57,015 nt of DNA from a virus (lineage: Duplodnaviria; Heunggongvirae; Uroviricota; Caudoviricetes), in the IMG/VR virus record IMGVR_UViG_2522572023_000010; one strand, given 5' to 3'. The notes beneath the pieces were generated by a model. The model searched no databases, was not told the origin of the DNA, and was given only the letters and a program-made list of their open reading frames with translations. Of this stretch, positions 19,853 to 29,808 are shown one piece after another. Both the position numbers and the translations under genes were made by a program. The stretch's first letter is position 1. Every line of letters starts with the position of its first letter.

Positions 19853-20134
19853 TTATGACATTGCTGCAAGGCTCAGCGCGTCTTCCAGCGCCGCAAACGG
19901 ATCCACCTCCGGCTTATCCTCATCCTCGCCCCAGCAGAGCATGGCGTCCTTCAGTGCAACATTCATCCCCTGTGCCCCGAAAACCGCTTTCACGATCTGT
20001 GCATTACGGATATCCCCGCGCTCATCACCCAGCGGGGATACCCTGTCGAACTCCATCCACATCATCGCCTCGCTCGCACTCAGGCTGTGCCGCAGTTCGG
20101 ATAAGGTGCGCCCCAGACGGAGCGCAAGTCGCAT
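19853..20134 (-). CDS. T: tail assembly chaperone T segment, expressed as a G-T fusion by -1 frameshift
   Basis: ORF in the -1 frame continues open upstream through the G stop; slippery site A AAA AAG at the G terminus. Confidence 0.75.
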   Translation of the reverse strand: MRLALRLGRTLSELRHSLSASEAMMWMEFDRVSPLGDERGDIRNAQIVKAVFGAQGMNVALKDAMLCWGEDEDKPEVDPFAALEDALSLAAMS

Positions 20135-20157
20135 CAGAAAGCGAATTTCCGGGCGGG

Positions 20158-20532
20158 CTACTTTTTTCTGGCCGACTCTGCATCAGCGATCAGTTCCAGT
20201 GCCTGACGCAGCAACCGGGCATGTACCGGACCATAGACGGCCAGCACCTGCTCACGGTCGTCCGGAGTGAACACCCGTTGCAGGTCAGTATCACACAGGA
20301 CATCGCAGAACAGCGTCACATCCGCTTCCAGGTTACGGCGGGTTTTCGCCACCACCGACAGGGTATCGTCATCCTCTCCATCACCATTGAGCACTTCCTG
20401 CCACAGATACCAGGCCTCTGCCGAAGGCTCCCGCAGCACCACGCTGACATTTCTCCATTCCGGCACCTTCACCGTTTTATGACGGAACCCCGACAGTCTG
20501 GCCAGCGCCAGTGTTTTCAGATCTTTTGCCAT
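20158..20532 (-). CDS. G: tail assembly chaperone G
   Basis: 124 aa ending ...AESARKK with slippery heptamer at the last codons; between the major tail and tape measure genes. Confidence 0.85.
   Translation of the reverse strand: MAKDLKTLALARLSGFRHKTVKVPEWRNVSVVLREPSAEAWYLWQEVLNGDGEDDDTLSVVAKTRRNLEADVTLFCDVLCDTDLQRVFTPDDREQVLAVYGPVHARLLRQALELIADAESARKK
20161..20167 (-). other. programmed -1 ribosomal frameshift site (A AAA AAG) for the G-T fusion
   Basis: Minus strand reads GCC AGA AAA AAG TAG; the -1 frame continues KKVARPEIRFLMRLALRL... Confidence 0.75.
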
Positions 20533-20537
20533 AAGCC

Positions 20538-21254
20538 TTATCCGCCCGCACCATTAACCGTTACCGTACACGCATCAGAGGTAATGCTCTGCGGCTGTTC
20601 TGCAGAATCCATTACCATGCAGGTATAAGCCCCCTTATCACCTGACTGCGCATTGGCTTTACTGAAAGTGTCAGTAGTCTGTCCCTCGACCGGCTGACCA
20701 TCCTTCTTCCAGGCGTATTTATAAGGCGGCGTTCCCCCGTTGACACTGACTGACATTGTCAGCAGCGCACCGGTATTCACGGTAAGTGTCTTCTCCGGAT
20801 TTTTCACAAACGCCAGCGGTACCACATAGGACACCGGTTTACCCTTCAGGCGAAGTGAAAACGTTGCAGCCACCACGCCGTTGGTACCGGATGACCAGGT
20901 GTGCTGACGCACTTCCGCCAGGAACTTAAAGCCCTTACCGGACGGAAACTGCACCTTAAACGCATACACCGTGTCATTGTCATAGGCATCACGCAGGGCG
21001 TTCTGGGCCTGATTCAGATAAAAATTACCCGACATGGAAATCTCGGACGACGCCCCCAGACCGTTGATGTTCTCCTGCTCTGTGGAGCAGAGCGTGGTCA
21101 CATCAATATCCTGTTTCTGACCGGCGGTGAACTGGACTTCCTTGATGGCGCAGTCCAGGCGCAGATATTCCGCCTTATCCATAGTTTCAGCAGTCGCCGG
21201 GGCAGATGAAATCATCACCTGCGTCAGCAGTGAGCGTTCATACAAAGCAGACAT
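20538..21254 (-). CDS. V: major tail protein with C-terminal Ig-like domain
   Basis: Start at ATG 21254 preceded by AGGAGG; C-terminus resembles a Big_2 Ig-like domain. Confidence 0.85.
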   Translation of the reverse strand: MSALYERSLLTQVMISSAPATAETMDKAEYLRLDCAIKEVQFTAGQKQDIDVTTLCSTEQENINGLGASSEISMSGNFYLNQAQNALRDAYDNDTVYAFKVQFPSGKGFKFLAEVRQHTWSSGTNGVVAATFSLRLKGKPVSYVVPLAFVKNPEKTLTVNTGALLTMSVSVNGGTPPYKYAWKKDGQPVEGQTTDTFSKANAQSGDKGAYTCMVMDSAEQPQSITSDACTVTVNGAGG

Positions 21255-21321
21255 TCTGCCTCCTGATAATAAAAAACCCGCACGCGGCGGGGTATGGGTT
21301 TTGTAGAAAAAAAAGAAAAAG

Positions 21322-21666
21322 TCACACCGTGACCTGAAACTCCAGGGTTGCACGGTAACAGCGGTTTTCCGGAATATAGTCCTGCATTTCACTGACGGAT
21401 CCCGGGGCCAGCAGCATTATGGCTTCACGGGCGTCCTGACGTATCTGACGCGCCTGCGTCACAGTCCCGGCATAAACGTCTATCTGCACCGACACTGAGG
21501 ACTCCGCCTGCCCGCCCATCACGTCCGCCGACACCGATGAAATCAGGCTGAAAACCACCCACGGAAGCGCCACCGACGGCCTGCCATCCAGCAGGGGGAC
21601 CACATACGGGTACACCTGCCCGCCGGCAAGATGCGCCAGATAAGGATACAAATCCGCCTCCGTCAT
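21322..21666 (-). CDS. tail terminator-like protein (U-like)
   Basis: 114 aa; position immediately upstream of the major tail gene. Confidence 0.6.
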   Translation of the reverse strand: MTEADLYPYLAHLAGGQVYPYVVPLLDGRPSVALPWVVFSLISSVSADVMGGQAESSVSVQIDVYAGTVTQARQIRQDAREAIMLLAPGSVSEMQDYIPENRCYRATLEFQVTV

Positions 21667-22109
21667 CGTCTCAGTACCTCATCAATGGCCCGGTTCATCC
21701 GCGCAATCGCCACCTGAGCTGCCTGTTCACTGCGCACATCAAACGCCGGGCGCACAAACGGGTGCGGTGGCATATTCACGGTCCCCATTTCCACAAACCG
21801 CCAGTAGAAAGCATTGCGCGGGTTATCCGCCTTCATGGTGTTATCGCTGTTACCGGTGTCCGGATTAACACCACGGATATGGACACCGGATTCCATCCCG
21901 CCATCGCGGGAGCGCCGGGAAAGGACCACCACATTGCGGCGCAGTTTTCCCCTGCGTACCGGTGCCCGTGACACCACTTCTTCTTTCAGCACATTCGCAC
22001 CCGCACGGGTTGCCTCACGCAGCACCCGGTTATTTTCCGCACCACTCAGAAGCTGCAAATCGCGGCTGATGTCCTCCAGCCCCGAAAAATCCAGCAGGGT
22101 TTCGATCAT
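21663..22109 (-). CDS. HK97 gp10-family tail completion protein
   Basis: 148 aa; synteny within the head-tail joining block. Confidence 0.6.
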   Translation of the reverse strand: MIETLLDFSGLEDISRDLQLLSGAENNRVLREATRAGANVLKEEVVSRAPVRRGKLRRNVVVLSRRSRDGGMESGVHIRGVNPDTGNSDNTMKADNPRNAFYWRFVEMGTVNMPPHPFVRPAFDVRSEQAAQVAIARMNRAIDEVLRR

Positions 22110-22456
22110 TTTTCCCCTCCCAGCCGACAGAGAATTTCCAGACGCCCGCCGGTCGCATCCGGCACGGGCAGCCCGACAACGTTCAGGATCCGGTCACGCC
22201 ATGGACCACTCAGCACATGAAGTCGTGACGCTGCCGTGATTTCCCGGCCGGACTGACCGCGCACCCAGATGCGGATTTCCGCCTGCGCCATTTCCGCACC
22301 GGACTGCATCCGCTCCCGGCTGCTCCTGCCACGGATATCCGCATGAATTTTCCCGCATGACACCCATTCTTCCGTCATTTCTCCGGCAGCATTACGGGTT
22401 AACACCGGCTTCAGAACACTTATCATCTGTGTCAGACGACCTGCAGATATTGCCAT
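22106..22456 (-). CDS. head closure / head-tail adaptor protein
   Basis: 116 aa; synteny. Confidence 0.6.
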   Translation of the reverse strand: MAISAGRLTQMISVLKPVLTRNAAGEMTEEWVSCGKIHADIRGRSSRERMQSGAEMAQAEIRIWVRGQSGREITAASRLHVLSGPWRDRILNVVGLPVPDATGGRLEILCRLGGEK

Positions 22457-22466
22457 TCCTCCCTCC

Positions 22467-22793
22467 TCATAACACCGTCGGACAACGCAAATCGTAAATC
22501 AGCACGGACACAGAAAACGGCAGCTCCCCCTGAATCAGTTCTTCCCGCTCCGCAAGATCCGGATTCCGGTACAGCATCCCGGTCAGTCGCATGGCAGCCC
22601 CCTTCATCCGGGTTAATGCCTCGCCCGGGATCAGTTCACCGTCCTCACGAATCACCTTATCCCGGCTGCCCTGAATGTAGGCCAGCAGCACGGCGGTAGC
22701 CTGACGAACCTTGTCCATCAGCATGTCATCATCCGCGTCATGGTCGACACGCAGATGTGCCTTGATCTCTTCCAGTGTCAGTAATGCCGTCAT
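22467..22793 (-). CDS. head-tail connector (gp6-like) protein
   Basis: 108 aa; synteny. Confidence 0.6.
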   Translation of the reverse strand: MTALLTLEEIKAHLRVDHDADDDMLMDKVRQATAVLLAYIQGSRDKVIREDGELIPGEALTRMKGAAMRLTGMLYRNPDLAEREELIQGELPFSVSVLIYDLRCPTVL

Positions 22794-24013
22794 TTTCCGC
22801 CTCCTGCATCCCGTCCACGTTTGGCAGCCAGGGTCCAGCCTGATGAATGAGCTTCTCCGGGTTTATCACCGGTCATACTGTTGCAGTGCCACAGCGAGCC
22901 CCCCCACGTCACCGTATCACCGGGGTGGTAGGTTTCACCGGCTCTGAACACACCGCGGTAGAGCATCACCGGCAGGGAAAATGTTTTTTCCGTACGCTGG
23001 CCACTGCTCTGCCGGACCACCACAGTGAACGACCGTTCGCCGGTCATGCTGACGTCAATATCGGCCACCCCGTCAACCAGGCATTCCCATCCCCGCATCC
23101 CGTGCGTTTTTTCATACGCCCGCCAGAGTCCGCCCTGGTGTGTGGCATACGTGCCCCGGGGAAAGGATTTTTGATCGTCAATGGCGGGGATTATTTCCAG
23201 TGCCGTGGCATCACGCCCGTCCTGCGGAGCCGGCAGGGCTCTCACCGCATCCAGAACAGCCTTCTGCAGAACATCGGGATCATAGTCACGACCATCACGC
23301 GGAACAGGAATATGGCTTACCGCCTCTTTCACCATCTGTTCAAGCATCGGACGCACATCATCGGGGGTAATACTTTTGCCGTCCGCCGGTACCGGAATAT
23401 TCGCGACCGCATCATTCACCGCCTTCTGCAGTACTTCCGGATCGTAATCACGACCATCACGCGGAACAGGAATATGGCTTACCGCCTCTTTCACCATCTG
23501 CTCAAGCATCGGACGCACATCATCGGGGGTAATACTTTTGCCGTCCGCCGGTACCGGAATATTCGCAACCGCATCATTCACCGCCTGCTGCAGTACATCC
23601 GGATCATAATCACGACCATCACGCGGAACAGGAATATGGCTTACCGCCTCCTTCACCATCTGTTCAAGCATCGGACGCACATCATCGGGGGTAATACTTT
23701 TGCCGTCCGCCGGTACCGGAATATTCGCAACCGCATCATTCACCGCCTGCTGCAGTACATCCGGATCATAATCACGACCATCACGCGGTACCGGAATGGC
23801 CCCCACAGCATCATCCACCATCGCCTGCAGAACCGGACGCACCTCATCCACCGTCACATGCTTCTGTAATACCGCCGACAGGGAAGTCAGTTTCTCTTCA
23901 AACGCTTGTGCCTGCGAGGCCATCTTCCCCTCAAATGTGCGCTGTAAATCCGCCAGCACCGTGGAGAATTCTTCTCCCAGTGCACGAATAATGGACAGTT
24001 CCCGTTCCGTCAT
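22790..24013 (-). CDS. structural protein with tandem 59-aa repeats (function unknown; possible decoration or scaffold-like protein)
   Basis: 407 aa containing about 3.3 copies of PVPRDGRDYDPDVLQQAVNDAVANIPVPADGKSITPDDVRPMLEQMVKEAVSHI; sits between portal and connector. Confidence 0.6.
   Translation of the reverse strand: MTERELSIIRALGEEFSTVLADLQRTFEGKMASQAQAFEEKLTSLSAVLQKHVTVDEVRPVLQAMVDDAVGAIPVPRDGRDYDPDVLQQAVNDAVANIPVPADGKSITPDDVRPMLEQMVKEAVSHIPVPRDGRDYDPDVLQQAVNDAVANIPVPADGKSITPDDVRPMLEQMVKEAVSHIPVPRDGRDYDPEVLQKAVNDAVANIPVPADGKSITPDDVRPMLEQMVKEAVSHIPVPRDGRDYDPDVLQKAVLDAVRALPAPQDGRDATALEIIPAIDDQKSFPRGTYATHQGGLWRAYEKTHGMRGWECLVDGVADIDVSMTGERSFTVVVRQSSGQRTEKTFSLPVMLYRGVFRAGETYHPGDTVTWGGSLWHCNSMTGDKPGEAHSSGWTLAAKRGRDAGGGK
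23270..23800 (-). repeat. coding tandem repeat, about 177-bp unit in about 3.3 copies
   Basis: Near-identical DNA units visible on the plus strand (e.g. 23290-23466, 23467-23643, 23644-23820). Confidence 0.8.
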
Positions 24014-25374
24014 TTTCTCAGTATCCCCCTGAACATCGCTTTCACTGCATCATGCTCTGTTTCACTGATTGCCTTATTACCGTCAGATGCGCCGTCAGGC
24101 AGTTGTGCTGAAACTGTTTTCCCGGCCGACGCGAACGGGTCCTCACGGGCATCACGACGGGACAGCGCCTCCAGACTGTAGTTCTGCTGCTGAAGATACA
24201 GTGCATCACCGCCGGCAAGGGGCGGCAGGTTCTCACGTTTACGGGCCTCATTGGGCGTGAGAAGCGTATTTTTCACCGACTCACCCAGCGTTTTCATGCG
24301 CCGTTCGCTGTCCATTCTCAGCAGCGTGGTGACGTCAAACTCCGTACTCTCGTTTTCCCCCGTTTCCAGCGCCTCATCCAGTAACAGTTCAATGGACTCA
24401 ATCAGCGTCTGCAGGCACTGGGAATAATACTGCTGCTCCAGCGCCTCCACGTTGTCACTGGAAGGCGGGTGGCCAACGCCAATCTTGTAGGCCGGGACAC
24501 GGAACACCGAACAGACAATTTCAGCGGTCATCTTCAGTTGTTCCACCGTCTGCGCATCCACCGGTGAAAACGTCGTGGGGTTGTATTTTGCCCCGTTGCT
24601 CAGAATGGCCGTTTTCCCCGCATTTTCGCCTGTATACCCGCTGTCCCAGTTGCTCTTCAGTTTTTTCGCATTTTCTTCCGTAATACTGCCGGGGATCTCA
24701 ATCACCCCGGACGGCCTGCCGCCATTTCTGAAAAAAGACGTCGAATTTTCCTGAATATGATGCCCCTGCATGGCGGCCAGTCCTGCGGCATACACCGGCG
24801 GCAGCCCCACAAGCGGATGAAAAAAACAGTTAAACCGGTCGTGGATCACCTCCCGGGCAGGCACCGTCACCGCCTCCGTGATCCCGCAGTTCCGGTCCGG
24901 CGTGATGCGGTAGAACACCTCGCCGTCATCCGCCACCAGAGGTTCAACCCGGCTCCAGTCCAGAATACGCAGTTCTTTGATCTGCCCCCGGGAGTTACGG
25001 ATTTTCAGCACCACCGTATTGCCGTGACGCAATTTGGAATTCAGCCACAGTTCAAAAAACTGGATGCGATTCTGCTGCGCATTAGGACGACGACAGAGAC
25101 GGGCAATATCCCCCTGCCGTTTTTCACGGCGGATCCCCTGTGTATCCGTCTGCATCAGGCGCAGCCGCATTTTGGCAATATCCTGGGATATCAGCGAAAT
25201 GCATGAAAACACCGCATGAAAGGAGAGGACACTTTCCGGATCGGCTTTCACACCCTGCTGCCAGGCGCCGGCAAAGGGCTCAACCACCGCCTGAAACAGG
25301 CTGGTCCAGCCCACCTCTTTTACATCACGTCCTGATTTCTGGTTTTTTCGGGTTCGTCGCAAAAAGTTCCACAT
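24010..25374 (-). CDS. portal protein, HK97 family
   Basis: 454 aa with portal signature ...SVFRVPAYKIGVGHPP... Confidence 0.85.
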   Translation of the reverse strand: MWNFLRRTRKNQKSGRDVKEVGWTSLFQAVVEPFAGAWQQGVKADPESVLSFHAVFSCISLISQDIAKMRLRLMQTDTQGIRREKRQGDIARLCRRPNAQQNRIQFFELWLNSKLRHGNTVVLKIRNSRGQIKELRILDWSRVEPLVADDGEVFYRITPDRNCGITEAVTVPAREVIHDRFNCFFHPLVGLPPVYAAGLAAMQGHHIQENSTSFFRNGGRPSGVIEIPGSITEENAKKLKSNWDSGYTGENAGKTAILSNGAKYNPTTFSPVDAQTVEQLKMTAEIVCSVFRVPAYKIGVGHPPSSDNVEALEQQYYSQCLQTLIESIELLLDEALETGENESTEFDVTTLLRMDSERRMKTLGESVKNTLLTPNEARKRENLPPLAGGDALYLQQQNYSLEALSRRDAREDPFASAGKTVSAQLPDGASDGNKAISETEHDAVKAMFRGILRK

Positions 25375-25541
25375 TCGCTATGCTCCGCATCATGTTTCTT
25401 TTTCTGACCCGCCGGACGTCGCGCTGTGATGTACTCCGCCTTCCCCAGGCGAACCAGCACCTCCGCACACGGCTGTGCCACATCACGGATATCCCCGGCC
25501 CGGGCATCATGCGTGCCCTGCAGATATCGGATCTTTGCCAT
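25320..25541 (-). CDS. small hypothetical protein between capsid and portal genes
   Basis: ORF track only; weak ribosome-binding site; overlaps the portal start by 55 nt. Confidence 0.25.
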   Translation of the reverse strand: MAKIRYLQGTHDARAGDIRDVAQPCAEVLVRLGKAEYITARRPAGQKKKHDAEHSECGTFCDEPEKTRNQDVM

Positions 25542-25585
25542 AACCTGTTACGGGAGGCGCACGCCTCCCGTCCTCCTTATCAGAC

Positions 25586-27523
25586 TCAGCCGCCGGACGC
25601 ACTGCCGTAGTTCACTCCGGTGATCACCGCCACCGCCGCGGTACGGCGACGACGCCAGTTGATCCAGCGCTCCGCACGGATGGCCACGCTGCCTGTCTGG
25701 AACATGGAAACCAGCTCCACCGGGGACGGCGTGGTACTGTCGCCGGTCGGCTCAGACTGCATTTCCAGTGATGCCTCGCGGGACATATCCACTGCCACGC
25801 CGCCGTCATCCGCCAGATAAATATCCGGGGCATTCACCAGCACCAGCTGGTCACCCACGTACTGGGAGACAATCACCGGCAGCCCCTGGAAGGAGCCACC
25901 CAGCAGGGTCATGTCCGGGTATTCCTTCTGACCCAGCGCATTTTTACGCATGGACAGTGCCAGGGCATTGGTGCTGGACATCAGCCAGACCGCACCGGTG
26001 GGCTGCAGGTTTGCTGCCACAAACTGTCCAAACGCCGCCTCTGCATCCGCATCCGGGTTACCGGTTGATGCCGTGCCCTTCACATCATGGGTGATGGACG
26101 CCGGGGAGACATCTGCCACTGCGGCTTTTTTCGGGTCCACAAAGTCTGTATCCAGACGCGCCACCACCGCTTCCGCCAGCGCATTACGGACCAGTGCATC
26201 AGCAGCCGGACTGGAAAAACGGATCAATTCTTCCGTCAGTACCGCAATGGCCGACACCTTCGCATGACTGAAGGTGATGGATTCAAAATCAAACTTCGTC
26301 AGGGGTTTTGCCTTACCCTCACCCACCCAGCCGGCAGCACCGCCGGACACCTGGGCGTGCACACGGATATTGAACGGCACCTGACGAAGTGCAGGGATCC
26401 CGCCCTGACCAAATCGCCCGATAATGGTCTGCGGACGCAGGTAATCAATAAAGTCCTGTGCGTATTCCTGATATTCAGACAGGCTGCCTGCCCACTGCGG
26501 ATCCGTGGTGGTCCCCGCGCCCACTGCCGATTTCAGGACATGATGCAGACGACTGTCATCCGGATACTGACGACGGGCCACTTCCAGGGCTTCAGATCGG
26601 ACGCCTTTAGCCGCAGCCAGCGATTTGGCAAAGCGGGCGAAGCCAATCCCCTTATCCAGTTTCTGCTCAACACGGATCACCGGCGCTGAAGCCACCGTGG
26701 CCACATTCCCGTTACCGGCCTGTTTCACCGGCTGTGCCGTGGCGGCCTTACCGGCTTCCAGTTCACGCAGACGCTTCAGGTGCGCATCCACCTGACGGAT
26801 TTCCGCTGCGGTGTTGTCGTAGTGCTCTTCCTCTTCCACATCCAGTGTGCGGCCTTCCTCTGCGGCTTTGTTCATGATCTCCTCAAGGGAGGCTGCCAGC
26901 GCCGCACGCTTGTTTTCAAAACTTTTAATCTGTTCACCAGTATTCATTGCTGACTTTTCCTTATGAAAAGAGGTTATTGACTGTGCCGAAGCGCCGGCAG
27001 AAGATGCGATTTTCACCACCGGTTTCCGGTTGCCGGACGCGGCAGAAAACGGGCGGTCGTAAGATTTAATGGTCCGGATGGTGCATTCCGCATTCGCGGG
27101 CACGGTGACGGCAGACACCTCCATCAGCTCCCAGCGCAGAAAATGCAGTCCGCCTCCGTCCAGATAAGTGTATTCATGGGGCCGGAAGCCCACAGAAAGC
27201 CCCCTGACCAGCCCGGTCTTAATGGCAGCCCAGGCCTCATCCAGCCGGGCTGCCATCTGGGAGGGCATCCCCGGCTCCGGCTTCACCAGCATTGCCGTGA
27301 TTTCCAGCCCTTCCCTGACCCGACGCACCGTACACTGGCCTACAGGGCGGGAATGGTCATGCTGCCAGAGAAACGGGATCGTACTGCCAAACTCCGCCCC
27401 CTCCGGCTCCAGGATGTCACCATCCCGATCCGGAGAAGGCGTTGACGCAATCCCGGTGATCACCCGTTCATCCTCACTGAAGGATTTCACCGTCAGCAGG
27501 GAACAGGCCCGTTTAAGAGTCAC
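25586..27523 (-). CDS. prohead protease (HK97/S78-like) fused to HK97-fold major capsid protein
   Basis: N-terminus VITGIASTPSPDRDGDILEPEGAEF...PFLWQHDH resembles prohead protease; C-terminal 400 aa resembles HK97-type capsid. Confidence 0.85.
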   Translation of the reverse strand: MTLKRACSLLTVKSFSEDERVITGIASTPSPDRDGDILEPEGAEFGSTIPFLWQHDHSRPVGQCTVRRVREGLEITAMLVKPEPGMPSQMAARLDEAWAAIKTGLVRGLSVGFRPHEYTYLDGGGLHFLRWELMEVSAVTVPANAECTIRTIKSYDRPFSAASGNRKPVVKIASSAGASAQSITSFHKEKSAMNTGEQIKSFENKRAALAASLEEIMNKAAEEGRTLDVEEEEHYDNTAAEIRQVDAHLKRLRELEAGKAATAQPVKQAGNGNVATVASAPVIRVEQKLDKGIGFARFAKSLAAAKGVRSEALEVARRQYPDDSRLHHVLKSAVGAGTTTDPQWAGSLSEYQEYAQDFIDYLRPQTIIGRFGQGGIPALRQVPFNIRVHAQVSGGAAGWVGEGKAKPLTKFDFESITFSHAKVSAIAVLTEELIRFSSPAADALVRNALAEAVVARLDTDFVDPKKAAVADVSPASITHDVKGTASTGNPDADAEAAFGQFVAANLQPTGAVWLMSSTNALALSMRKNALGQKEYPDMTLLGGSFQGLPVIVSQYVGDQLVLVNAPDIYLADDGGVAVDMSREASLEMQSEPTGDSTTPSPVELVSMFQTGSVAIRAERWINWRRRRTAAVAVITGVNYGSASGG

Positions 27524-27586
27524 ATCAGCCTCCTGAAAATAAAAAAACCGCCGCAGCGGTTCATGATGGTTACAGGGTGAGCAGGG

Positions 27587-29248
27587 TTATATGAAAAAAA
27601 CCTCATACGCTTTCTTTTTCGGTTCCGGATTCAGGGACATCAGGGACACCGCATTGAAGAGCGCCATCAGCGGGTCAATTTTTCCCCGTCCGCTGGCCTG
27701 TTTGGTGATAAGAATGGCGTTACCTTTAGGCTCCACCCGGGCATTACCGACACACCAGGCCATCAGGGGCTGATCACCGTGAATCAGCACCCCTTCAGCC
27801 AGTTTGCGCTCGGTGGTTTTGATGGCCCCGCCCAGCTTCCAGCCCTGGCTTATCCCCACCACACTCTCATCGGGGATCCCGGCTTCCGCCAGTGAATCCA
27901 GAATCTGCCCCACACCTGACGGGTCAATACCGATATGATCCAGTAACTCAGCCTCATGAATACGACGCACATACTCCGCCACTTCCGCCGTGTCATCCCC
28001 GACCCGACGGACAATCGTCATGTCTCCACAGGCCACAAAATCCTGAAACCGGGATGCCTCACTCTTCCGTCTGACCACCGCGGTTTCATGCACCCAGGCA
28101 TGGCCCCAGCCCAGCCATTCGCGGGTTTCCCTGTCACGGCCAGTCACGTACATTCCCAGCAGATCATCCAGGCCCCCGCCGTCAATCCCCACCGTCACCA
28201 CATCAGCGCGCTGCAGGATATCGTCCAGGCTGACGCGCCTGCCCTGCTGCTCCCAGAAATCCGCGCCCGCCCAGCGGTCAGAACGCAGGGCAAGACCGAT
28301 TTCCACATTGGCGTGTTTTGACATGAAGCCACGAAATGCTTCCTCACCAGCCTCCCGGGCTTTACGGTACTCCCGGTACAGAAAGGCCTCATCCACCGAA
28401 TAACCGAGATTCGGGTTAACCATGGCGAGGTTTTCCATCAGCAGGTGAGCCCCGCTTTCCACCATTTCAGGAGGATGCTCAAAAATCACCGGCAGAAAGT
28501 GCGGATCATGAATTTTGCCGTCACGGACATCCCGGGCGTACTGCAGTTTCTGTCTGAACACCCCGGCGGGCGGTTCATTCGACTGGGTGGTCGTATACAC
28601 CACAAACCCTTCCGGGCGGGAGGCAAGGCCGCCTATGGCTTCACGTAACATGTCCTCCGCCTTGCACTGCTTGCCAAACAGCCACAACTCATCAATCAGC
28701 GTACCCACGGACTTGATACCGGACACCGTATTCGGATCGGCTGCCACCACCTTCAGGGTGGTGTCCGTCACCCGGTGGGTGATGGTCCGGATATGGGTCT
28801 GTACCTGGCAGAGGTCATCCAGATCATCGTCACGTCGTACCATATCCCGGGCAGGGTTGAAGGCGTTGGCCGCCACCTCCACAGTCGGGGCCAGAATCGT
28901 GTAACCCGCCGCCTGCCGCCAGTTCAGTAACAGTGCAGTCATCATGATCCCCGCGGCCAGCGTGGACTTCGAGTTTTTCTTGGGGATAAGGATAAAAACT
29001 TCCTTGATATGGCGTACACCGGTCTGCGCATCGTAGGAGCCAAACAGGGCCGCCACCAGGTCAAACACCCACGGTGCACAGGACTCCCCGAACGTAGGGC
29101 TACCAGGTGCATCCACAATCCGCAGTTGTTTAAAAATCGCCAGGGCATGTGCGGCCTCGTCCGGATAAATCGGATCCGGAATAATCGACAGCCCCTTTTT
29201 CAGGCGCTCTGCCCAGTCCGGGCAGGCTGTGCTCCATACAGGTATCAT
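27587..29248 (-). CDS. terminase large subunit
   Basis: 553 aa; ATPase P-loop-like ILIPKKNSKST and C-terminal nuclease region; follows the small subunit. Confidence 0.9.
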   Translation of the reverse strand: MIPVWSTACPDWAERLKKGLSIIPDPIYPDEAAHALAIFKQLRIVDAPGSPTFGESCAPWVFDLVAALFGSYDAQTGVRHIKEVFILIPKKNSKSTLAAGIMMTALLLNWRQAAGYTILAPTVEVAANAFNPARDMVRRDDDLDDLCQVQTHIRTITHRVTDTTLKVVAADPNTVSGIKSVGTLIDELWLFGKQCKAEDMLREAIGGLASRPEGFVVYTTTQSNEPPAGVFRQKLQYARDVRDGKIHDPHFLPVIFEHPPEMVESGAHLLMENLAMVNPNLGYSVDEAFLYREYRKAREAGEEAFRGFMSKHANVEIGLALRSDRWAGADFWEQQGRRVSLDDILQRADVVTVGIDGGGLDDLLGMYVTGRDRETREWLGWGHAWVHETAVVRRKSEASRFQDFVACGDMTIVRRVGDDTAEVAEYVRRIHEAELLDHIGIDPSGVGQILDSLAEAGIPDESVVGISQGWKLGGAIKTTERKLAEGVLIHGDQPLMAWCVGNARVEPKGNAILITKQASGRGKIDPLMALFNAVSLMSLNPEPKKKAYEVFFI

Positions 29249-29808
29249 CCGTTGCCCTCATTATCGTTATTCACCACCAGTCGGGGTGGCGGTGGCACCG
29301 CAAAACGGTTAGCCGCTTTTTTCGCCGCGTCACCTTTTGCCGATTTTTTACCGGCATCCCCTTTTTTGTGGTGCGTGAACTGCGCCAGCTTATAAGCCGC
29401 ATCCAGCGCCAGCCTGGGGTCGGTATTAATGTTCTCCACCAGAAGACGCCCCATCGCTTTCACCGGATCGGGAAGACCATCCTCCATATATTCAATACCA
29501 GGAGACATCACCGCGGACGGTGGCATCTCCAGATTGTTTTCGTCCGGCTGTGGTATTGCAGCCGCCTCACGGCGACGGGGTTTATCCTCCTGCTCTGATT
29601 TTTTCTGCCGGTAAACAGGAACCTCATCCACCTCCACCGTCTCGCATTGTTTACGGGCTATAAACGCAAGCACCTCCGGATCTTTTGCCAGCTGCGAGCC
29701 TTTAACCCTGGCGGTCTTCGCCGAATAACCAGCGGCAATGGCTGACGCTGTTTTGTTTTTCCCGGACATGAGCGCCAGCGCAAATTTTCGTTTTTGCGTT
29801 GTCAGCAC
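29245..29808 (-). CDS. terminase small subunit
   Basis: 187 aa with N-terminal helix-turn-helix-like region; directly upstream of and overlapping the large subunit. Confidence 0.75.
   Translation of the reverse strand: MLTTQKRKFALALMSGKNKTASAIAAGYSAKTARVKGSQLAKDPEVLAFIARKQCETVEVDEVPVYRQKKSEQEDKPRRREAAAIPQPDENNLEMPPSAVMSPGIEYMEDGLPDPVKAMGRLLVENINTDPRLALDAAYKLAQFTHHKKGDAGKKSAKGDAAKKAANRFAVPPPPRLVVNNDNEGNG

Noticed and set aside
23270-23800. Possible CRISPR array (regular direct repeats)
   Set aside because: Repeats are 177 bp, contiguous with no unique spacers, and in frame within a protein-coding gene; the same applies to the 15-bp iterons at 45425-45590. No cas genes are present.
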